A stretch of 6,326 nt of DNA from Octopus sinensis (GCF_006345805.1 NW_021829355.1:1-6326); one strand, 5' to 3'; shown: positions 1 through 6,326, numbered from the stretch's first letter. A program made the numbers and translations. Notes: generated by a model from the letters alone, not told the origin.

Positions 1-25
1 AAATAACTCATTAACTGACATCAAT

Positions 26-140
26 TATGTCTTATGTGTGTGTGTATGCGTATGCAGATCTGTATATTATCATGCATATGTGCGTATGCAAGCGGGTAGC
101 TGCACGCGTCTTTGTGTTAGAGTGTGCTTGTATGTGTTCG
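26..140. repeat. Degenerate TG/TATG-rich low-complexity tract
   Basis: Decayed alternating runs such as TATGTGTGTGTGTATGCGTATGCA and CATATGTGCGTATGCA. Confidence 0.5.
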
Positions 141-144
141 GGTA

Positions 145-214
145 TACAGGGTGGGCCAAAAGTCACGCACCAAAACATTTGACGTTCTATTTATATATTA
201 CGCCATTATTTTAA
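145..214 (+). mobile_element. Possible orphan Tc1/mariner-type transposon terminus
   Basis: TA (145-146) followed by CAGGGTGGGCCAAAAGTCAC (147-166) fits the TA|CAGGGTG.. terminus pattern of many Tc1/mariner MITEs. No inverted partner was seen in the window. The right boundary is set only by the adjacent SINE tail. Confidence 0.35.
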
Positions 215-615
215 TTCTTTCTTTTTCTTTTTCCTTGTTTCAGTCATTTTGACTGCGGCCATGCTGGAGCACCGCCTTTAATCGAGCAACACGACGCCGG
301 GACTTATTCTTTTGTAAGCCCTGTACTTATTCTATCGGTCTCTTTTGCCGAACCGCTAAGTAACGGGGACATAAACACACCAGCATCGGTTGTCAAACAA
401 TGCTAGGGGGACAAACACAGATACACAAACATACACAAGCATATATATATATATATATACATAAATACGACGGGTTTCTTTCAGTTTCCGTCTACCAAAT
501 CCACTAACAAGGCTTTGGTCGGCCCGAGGCTATAGTAGAAGACACTTGCCCAAGGTGCCACGCAGTGGGGCTGAACCCAGAACCATGTGGTTGGTAAGCA
601 AGCTACTTACCACAC
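215..615 (-). mobile_element. tRNA-derived SINE (octopus-type, CORE-like motif), lacking its first ~15 nt
   Basis: The minus strand reads: partial A box GTGTGG (615-610); B box-like GGTTCAGCCCC (577-567); CCTTGGGCAAGTGTC CORE-like motif (555-541); internal (AT)9 at 441-458; and a 3' tail GGCGGTGCTCCAGCATGGCCGCAGTCAAAATGACTGAAACAAGG ending in GAAAAA repeats (~215-240). The head and tail match other copies in this window (2701-2759, 5490-5581). Confidence 0.88.

Positions 616-616
<1 letters not shown>

Positions 617-685
<69 letters not shown>
617..685. repeat. (ATT)23 microsatellite
   Basis: Perfect 69-bp trinucleotide run. Confidence 0.98.
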
Positions 686-686
<1 letters not shown>

Positions 687-1020
687 GGTGGGTGAATTGT
701 GCAAGAATGGCCAGTATAAATGGACCAATTCTGAGGTTTCGCCCGTAATTGAAAAAGGTATTACAAAAAGGAGAAAGGGGCTCTCTACCCCCTTTTTGAC
801 CAGGCTCCCGTTGGCTTTTATGGGGTTTTTTCCACCAGGAACCTTTCGAAGCGCCTCCCCCTATTGGGAGTTTTTCCTTGTTACAATCTTTCGTTGTTAA
901 ACTGTTTTTACACGATTTTTTCACAAACGGACAAAACCCTTTGTAACCTTTCGTCCTGTTTTGTCCCTTTATGTTTTCCAATCATGTTTGTCAGCCCTTG
1001 TGGCCAATAAAAAAGAATTT
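686..1020 (+). mobile_element. 5'-truncated 3' end of an L1/Tx1-like non-LTR retrotransposon, copy A
   Basis: 686-748 translates RWVNCARMASINGPILRFRP*, which resembles the RW..hydrophobic..G..L C-terminus of Tx1-clade ORF2 (recalled, not searched). It is followed by a T-rich 3' UTR, AATAAA at 1006-1011 and an (ATT)n tract. Confidence 0.55.
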
Positions 1021-1038
1021 ATTATTATTATTATTATT
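1021..1038. repeat. (ATT)6 between the two tandem copies
   Basis: Perfect 18-bp run. Confidence 0.95.
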
Positions 1039-1337
1039 CGGTGGGTGAATTGTGCAAGAATGGCCAGTATAAATGGACCAATTCTGAGGTTTCGCCTGTA
1101 ATTGAAAAAAGGTATTATAAAAGGAGAAAGGGGGCTTTTATGGGTTTTTCCACCAGGAATCTTTCGTAACGCCTCCCCCTATTGGGAGTTTTTCGTTGTT
1201 ATATTATTTGATTGTTACACTGTTTTTACACGATTTTTTCACAAACGGACAAAACCTTTTGTAACCTTTCATCCTGCTTTGTCCCTTTATGTTTTCCAAT
1301 CGTGTTTGTCAGCCCTTGTGGCCAATAAAAAGAATTA
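1039..1337 (+). mobile_element. 5'-truncated 3' end of the same L1/Tx1-like element, copy B
   Basis: Direct repeat of 686-1020 with the same first base. 1039-1101 translates RWVNCARMASINGPILRFRL*. It lacks ~34 bp of copy A (783-816), has scattered substitutions, and has AATAAA at 1324-1329. The repeat itself is certain; the family assignment is moderate. Confidence 0.55.

Positions 1338-1412
<75 letters not shown>
1338..1412. repeat. (ATT)25 microsatellite
   Basis: Perfect 75-bp run. Confidence 0.98.
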
Positions 1413-1414
<2 letters not shown>

Positions 1415-1484
1415 TTTTGCACATCGTGCACGAGTACTCGTGTATTCATCATATTTTATTTATTTTATTCAATGTTAGAATCAA

Positions 1485-1800
1485 CTAGAATAATTCCCAG
1501 GTCCGTTCTGGTCCGGAACTGTAGTACCCGTCAAGATCCCGTCTATGGGTTAAATACATTTTTGGGATCTTTTCATTTGTGAAGCCAGTTTTTCCAAATT
1601 TTTCCTACTGAACCAAAAAATTTGAAACTTCGTATACTGGTAGAATGTGTCAAAAGTAAACTTAATTGTAAACCAGAATGAAAACGGAATTGTAACTTCT
1701 AAGTTTAACATTGTTTAATAATTAGAATTTTGACCAATGGTATTCCGTCATTCGGCTTCATATTATTTACTCCGTCTCGACCACCAATTTCGTGACGTAT
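1485..1800. mobile_element. Left arm of a long imperfect inverted repeat; non-autonomous DNA element (Helitron-like or MITE)
   Basis: Collinear inverted matches to 2287-2535: 1564-1575 vs 2524-2535 (12/12), 1611-1655 vs 2446-2490 (38/45) and 1725-1739 vs 2360-2374 (14/15). On the minus strand the left end reads ...GGGAATTATT-CTAG-T (CTAG at 1485-1488), which is Helitron-3'-like. Confidence 0.55.
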
Positions 1801-1833
1801 TAAACATGTGGTATCTGAAATGTAAACAAACTA

Positions 1834-2215
1834 TTTTCGAGTGAATACTCGGTGTATGTGTATCTGTATGTAAGTGTGTGTGTGTGTGTGTATGTATCTA
1901 TGTATGTGTGTGTATGTATGTGTGTGTGTGTGTGTATCTATGTGTGTGTGTGTGTGTGGTGTGTATCTATGTGTGTGTGTGTGTATCTATGTGTGTGTGT
2001 GTGTGTGTGTATGTAAAACTATAACGATGTTAATTTTTTTCGAGTGAATACTCGGTGTATGTGTATCTGTATGTATGTGTGTGTGTGTGTGTGTATCTAT
2101 GTATGTATGTGTGTGTGTATCTATGTGTGTGTGTGTGTGTATCTATGTATGTATGTGTGTGTGTGTGTGTGTATTTATGTGTGTGTGTGTGTGTGTGTGT
2201 ATGTAAAACTATAAC
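1834..2215. repeat. Two direct copies (~190 bp) of a cassette containing a compound (TG)n/(TATC/TATG) microsatellite
   Basis: Both copies (1834-2025, 2037-2215) start TTTTCGAGTGAATACTCGGTGTATGTGTATCTGTATGTA and end GTATGTAAAACTATAAC, with TG runs punctuated by TATCTA between. Confidence 0.92.
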
Positions 2216-2286
2216 TCTTTCGTCTTCAACACAAGAAAATAACTGGATAACACACGTGCTTATTAGCCTCAAATGTGCACAGTTGC

Positions 2287-2535
2287 TACGTCACAAAACT
2301 GCTTTCTACGTCACACTAACAGAATGCAGTAACGTATTATATGTGAAAACAAGCAATCTCATTGGTTAAAATTCGCAGTTTTAATCTACGATTAAAGTCA
2401 TAAAATAGATTTTTCTCAAATAAACTAGTTCCAACTTGTGTATTGTTTTGAGATACTCTACGAGTACACGAAGTTTCAAATTATTTAGTTAACTAGAAAG
2501 ATCTGCGGTCCTGGCCACGATATTGAAAAGATCCC
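2287..2535. mobile_element. Right arm of the long imperfect inverted repeat
   Basis: Reverse-complement similarity to 1564-1800 in three to four collinear blocks (see left arm). Confidence 0.55.
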
Positions 2536-2577
2536 ATTTTTGCAAAGGCAGATTGAGTTCCTTAGCTGCGTTGATAA

Positions 2578-2620
2578 CAACCAATCTAGGAGAAAGAAAA
2601 CTCTATAAATTAATACCCTC
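2578..2620 (+). mobile_element. Possible decayed fragment of an RTE-type LINE 5' region
   Basis: CAACCAATCTAGGAGAAAGAAAACTCT resembles a motif I recall from RTE LINE 5' regions (CAACCAGTCTAGGAGAAGGAAAACTCT). This rests on recall only and needs a Dfam/Repbase search. Confidence 0.3.
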
Positions 2621-2700
2621 TGCCAACATACCCTAAGTCAGCCCTGAAGAGTATGGATGATGAAACTAAAATGAAGTATGTTTAATAACATAGATACATA

Positions 2701-2759
2701 GGCGCAGGAGTGGCTGTGTGGTAAGTAGCTTGCTAACCAACCACATGGTTCCTCCGGGT
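2701..2759 (+). mobile_element. Isolated 5' head of the same SINE family as 215-615
   Basis: GGCGCAGGAGTGGCTGTGTGGTAAGTAGCTTGCTAACCAACCACATGGTTCC, with A box TGGCTGTGTGG at 2711-2721. 2716-2751 matches the reverse complement of 580-615 at 35/36. It stops before a complete B box. Confidence 0.88.
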
Positions 2760-2947
2760 GGTGGCAACATTGTAACTAAAGTGTTGCTGGTTCGTACCCA
2801 GTTGTCACCATTATGTTATATCTCCTCACAACTACATTTGATTATCAATCGAACCTGTCAACGAAATTTTTAGAAATTTAGTCAATTCGCAGAATAAATC
2901 TTGCTAACAAAATTATTCCTGAATCAGTTAATATCAGTTAGTGCCTT

Positions 2948-3138
2948 CTCCTTAGTTAGTCACTATCACTCCTTAGTCACTATCATTCCTTTGTCACTAT
3001 CACTCCTTAGTCACTATCACTCCTTAGTCACTATAATTCCTTAGTCACTATCACTCCTTAGTCACTATCACTCCTTAGTCACTATTATTCCTTAGTCACT
3101 ATCACTCAATAGTCACTATCACTCCTTAGTTAGTCACT
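2948..3138. repeat. 17-bp minisatellite (TTAGTCACTATCACTCC)x10 plus partial units
   Basis: Contiguous units at 2956, 2973, 2990, 3007, 3024, 3041, 3058, 3075, 3092 and 3109, with no spacers. CTCCTTAGTTAGTCACT occurs at both ends (2948-2964, 3122-3138). Confidence 0.96.
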
Positions 3139-3311
3139 TAATATCAGTTGCTGACTTCTGTCTTAGAGTTGTTATTACCTACCAAATTTCAAGTCGACTC
3201 TTGCTTTTGTGATGATAATTCTACCCCATTTGCGTGTGATATTTTCCCGGTTCTTAGACATTTTGAATTTAACTTTACTTTATTTTTCATGCTTTAAGGT
3301 AAGTGTAACTT

Positions 3312-3366
3312 AGTGAGACATAAGTGAGATATAGGTGTGACGTACGTGTGACGTAAACGTGACGTA
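3312..3366. repeat. Five degenerate 11-bp tandem units, the last three carrying GTGACGTA
   Basis: AGTGAGACATA / AGTGAGATATA / GGTGTGACGTA / CGTGTGACGTA / AACGTGACGTA. GTGACGTA lies at 3337, 3348 and 3359. Confidence 0.8.
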
Positions 3367-3603
3367 GCTATGGTAAGAATGCGCAGAACAGCGCCAAGTA
3401 ACCGTGGACAGCAGCGCGTAACAAAATTCAGATATTTCAGTCAAAGAGAGTGAGAGAAGATGAATTCATGAATAGGCTCTCAGACAGCCGATAGAAGAGG
3501 TCAGGGTTTCGTGTCCTGTCGCTGAGACGCTGCCAAGTTTCGATCGACTCGACTTGCTCAAGTTGACGCGCAGCGGAACCGAACGCGGGGTTTAATTTGT
3601 TCG
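3337..3603. other. CpG-rich patch of unknown origin (transposon end/LTR-like sequence or promoter-like region)
   Basis: 24 CpG dinucleotides counted by eye in 3341-3603, within otherwise AT-rich DNA. It begins with three CRE/ATF-like TGACGT cores. No convincing ORF. Confidence 0.5.
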
Positions 3604-3616
3604 ATTTTGTAGGTGA

Positions 3617-4049
3617 TATGTATGTATGTATGTATGCATGTATGTATGTATGTATGTATGTATGTATGTATGTATGTATGTTGTATGTATGCATGTATGT
3701 ATGTAGTATGTATGCATGTAGTATGTATGTATGTATGTATGCATTATGTAATATGTATGTATGTATATATGTATGTATGTATGTATGTATGCATGTATGT
3801 ATGCTGTATGATGTATGTATGTATGTATGTATGTATGTATGTATGTATGTATTATGTATGTATGCATGTATGTTGTATTATGTATGCATTATGTATGTAT
3901 GTATGTATGTATGCATGTATGTATGTATGTATGTATGTATGCATGTATGTATGTATGTAGTATGTATGTATGTATGTATGTATGTATGTATGTATGTACG
4001 TATGTATGTATGTATGGTATGTATGTATGTATGTATGTATGCATGTATG

Positions 4050-4080
<31 letters not shown>

Positions 4081-4986
4081 GCATGTATGTATTCACGTAT
4101 GTGTACGTATGTGTATATGTATGCATGCAAGTGTGTATGTGTGTGTATATGTATATGTACGAATGTATGTATATGTATGTGTGTATGTTTGTGTGTATAT
4201 ATATATATGCATGTATGTATGTATGGATATGTGTGTATGTGAGCATATGTATGTTCATGTGCATATGACTGTATGTATTGTACCTATGTATGTATGTATG
4301 TATGTACGTTTGTATGTATGTATGTATGTATGTATGTATGTATGTATGTATGTATGTATGTATGTATGTATGTATGTATGTATGTATGTATGTGTGTATG
4401 TATGTATGTATGTACGTATGTATTATGTATGTATGTATGTATGTAGGTATGTATGTATGTATGTATGTATGTATGTTACGTATGTAGTATGTACGTATGT
4501 ATGTATGTATGTATGTATATATGTATTATGTATTATGTATGTATGTATTATGTATGTAGGTATGTATGTAGGTATGTGTGTATGTATGTTGTATGTATGT
4601 ATTATGTATGTATGTATGTATGTATGTATTTGTATGTAGTATGTATGCATGTATGTATGTAGTATGTCTGCGGTATGTATGTATGTATGCATGTATGTAT
4701 GTTTTAGTATGTATGTATGTGTATGTATGTATGTGTATGTATGATGTATGTATGTATGTATGTATGTATGTATGTATGTATGTATGTATGTATGTATGTA
4801 TGTATGTATGTATGTGTGTATGTATGTATGTATGTACGTATGTATGTATGTATGTATGTATGTATGTATGTATGTATGTATGTACGTATGTATGTATGTA
4901 CGTATGTATGTATGTATGTATGTTGTATGTTGTATGTATGTATGTGTACGTATGTACGTATGTACGTATGTATGTATGTATGTATG

Positions 4987-5017
<31 letters not shown>

Positions 5018-5030
5018 ATATGTATGTATG

Positions 5031-5064
<34 letters not shown>

Positions 5065-5250
5065 TGTATGTATGTATGTACGTATGTATGTATGTACGTA
5101 TGTATGTATGTATGTATGTATGTATGTATGTACGTACGTATGCATGCATGTATGTATGTATGTACGTTTGTGTGTATGTATGTATGTATGTACGTACGTA
5201 TGCATGCATGTATGTATGTATGGACGTATGCATGCATGTATGTCTGTATG
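3617..5250. repeat. ~1.63-kb imperfect (TATG)n tetranucleotide array
   Basis: Roughly 400 TATG-type units with CATG, TACG and TGTG variants and 1-nt-deletion units. A more degenerate TG/TA segment lies at ~4080-4280. Confidence 0.98.
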
Positions 5251-5268
5251 CTGTCAATTCAGCGTCCT

Positions 5269-5500
5269 TATAAGAACAAAGGAAACAAGTGTCTGTGATA
5301 ATCCTCGTGGATTATCGCTTTTGTCTATTGCTGGTAAGATTCTTGCTCGACTAATTCTTGACAGGATCATCAAACTCGTTGTAAATGATATCTACCCAGA
5401 ATCACAGCGCGGATTTCGCTCTGGTTGTGGCACTATCGACATGATCTTTTCCCTCCGACAGATCATCAAACAGGTACGTGAGAGAAATCAAGAGTTGTTC
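5269..5500 (+). pseudogene. Fragment of RTE-clade LINE reverse transcriptase (ORF2), frameshifted
   Basis: YKNKGNK (5269-5289), a frameshift at ~5290, then VCDNPRGLSLLSIAGKILARLILDRIIKLVVNDIYPESQRGFRSGCGTIDMIFSLRQIIKQVRERNQELF. This matches the non-LTR RT motifs YKxKG..C.NYRGISLLS..GK...R and PESQxGFR..R.T.DMIF.LRQ typical of RTE/BovB elements. No upstream endonuclease and no downstream YADD region are present. Confidence 0.9.
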
Positions 5501-5581
5501 GACTGCAATAAGTTCTCTAAGACAGTGCCACAGCATGGCCGCAGTCTAACGACTAAAACAAGTAAAAATATAAGATGAAAA
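5490..5581 (+). mobile_element. 3' tail of the same SINE family as 215-615
   Basis: CAGCATGGCCGCAGTC (5531-5546) is the exact reverse complement of 251-266. The flanks GTTGTTCGACT..AAGACAGTGCCA and TAACGACTAAAACAAGTAAAA align with the tail of the first SINE. Confidence 0.8.
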
Positions 5582-5832
5582 ATATGTGGACATGCGCACA
5601 TGTGTTCAACTTTTGTTCTTCTCCTTCGTTTTATGACTTCAGTGTGCACGTGTGCATTGCGTGTTCATACTTCTCTTTCCGGTCTCCTATTCAAAATTGT
5701 TTATATATCACAACCATCTCACGAACGTGCGTTCTTGAGGAGCGCTGTGAAAAAACATAGGCATAGCTTCTCTTTTCTAACTTGATTCATATATTCAACT
5801 TGTCACGCTTTGTACCCGCTATAACGGAAATG

Positions 5833-6217
5833 TGGAAGCGCAATGGCCCAGTGGTTAGGGCAGCGGACTCGCGGTCATAGGATCGTGGTTTCGATTCCCA
5901 GACCTGGCGTTGTGAGTGTTTATTGAGCGAAAACACCTAAAGTTCCACGAGGCTCCGGCAGGGGATGGTGGTGATCCCTGCTGTACTCTTTCACCACAAC
6001 TTTCTTTCACTCTTACTTCCTGTTTCTGTTGTACCTGTATTTCAAGGGGCCGGCCTTGTCACTGTCTGTGTCACGCTGAATATACCCGAGAACTACGTTA
6101 AGGGTACACGTGTCTGTGGAGTGCTCAGCCACTTACACGTTAATTTCACGAGCAGGCTGTTCCGTTGATTCGGATCAACCGGAACCCTCATCGTCGTAAC
6201 CGACGGAGTGCTTCCAC
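5833..6217 (+). mobile_element. Full-length tRNA-derived SINE of a second family (tRNA-Arg-like head)
   Basis: A box TGGCCCAGTGG at 5844-5854 and B box GTTTCGATTCC at 5888-5898. The intervening GGCAGCGGACTCGCGGTCATAGGATC resembles a tRNA-Arg anticodon-arm region. A ~300-bp body ending CGTCGTAACCGACGGAGTGC follows, which resembles a common octopus SINE (recall). It shares no sequence with the first SINE family. Confidence 0.82.
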
Positions 6218-6326
6218 ATATGCAACTATTCATGTTTTTGCTCGGGATGGTAAAGTTAGATACAGGGACCCAGGTATGAGAGGATTAATAAAATAATTTA
6301 AGAAAATATCGATGAAAAAGAAAGCA

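Noticed and set aside
607-1582. ORFs with poly-Ile or poly-Tyr and the 70/78-aa ORFs at 688 and 1102
   Set aside because: The homopolymer tracts come from (ATT)n. The others are off-frame or antisense readings of the retroelement 3' UTR; the plausible coding frame is 686-748 and 1039-1101.
2030-2369. His-Thr and Val-Cys repeat ORFs
   Set aside because: Translations of the (TG)n cassette.
2759-2809. Small hairpins GCAACA..TGTTGC and GGTGGCAAC..GTTGTCACC
   Set aside because: Stems of 6-9 bp with mismatches are within chance expectation and have no associated boundary evidence.
2956-3138. CRISPR-like or telomere-like array
   Set aside because: Units are contiguous with no unique spacers and the context is eukaryotic. 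The unit does not contain TTAGGG or TTAGG.
3296-3304. Perfect splice donor AAG|GTAAGT
   Set aside because: No upstream exon with coding signal or partner acceptor could be supported. Single consensus matches are common by chance.
3437-3694. 85-aa minus-strand ORF over the CpG-rich patch
   Set aside because: It starts inside the microsatellite and the remainder has no recognisable motif.
3592-5298. Many long ORFs (MYVC.., HTYI.. repeats)
   Set aside because: They are translations of the (TATG)n array, which lacks stop codons in most frames, and carry no protein-like information.
4748-5578. 276-aa ORF as an intact gene
   Set aside because: The N-terminal part is microsatellite. Only ~5291-5500 is real RT homology, preceded by a frameshift and followed by SINE tail sequence.
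5833-5905. Functional tRNA gene
   Set aside because: It has A and B boxes but no clean acceptor stem or oligo-T terminator, and it continues into a SINE body.
5575-6168. Short ORFs of 61-67 aa
   Set aside because: They lie in a SINE body or AT-rich spacer, have no domain-like features, and their length is expected by chance.

Overview
This is eukaryotic, repeat-saturated non-coding DNA with no intact protein-coding or RNA gene. It is most likely from an octopus or other coleoid cephalopod; this is judged from recalled resemblance of the SINEs to octopus tRNA-derived SINE families, not from a database search. From left to right it holds: an orphan Tc1/mariner-like end; a near-complete minus-strand SINE; two tandem 3' ends of an L1/Tx1-like retrotransposon, each bounded by (ATT)n; a pair of long diverged inverted arms around a duplicated (TG)n cassette; an isolated SINE head; a 17-bp minisatellite with 3-unit periodicity; an 11-bp graded repeat leading into a CpG-rich patch; a ~1.6-kb (TATG)n array; a frameshifted RTE-type reverse transcriptase fragment joined to a SINE tail; and a full-length second SINE family member. 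Nearly all ORFs in the supplied track are microsatellite translation artefacts. I found no convincing new biological system. The best leads are a possibly (ATT)n-targeted Tx1-like element, the inverted-arm element, and a possible inversion that split one SINE.
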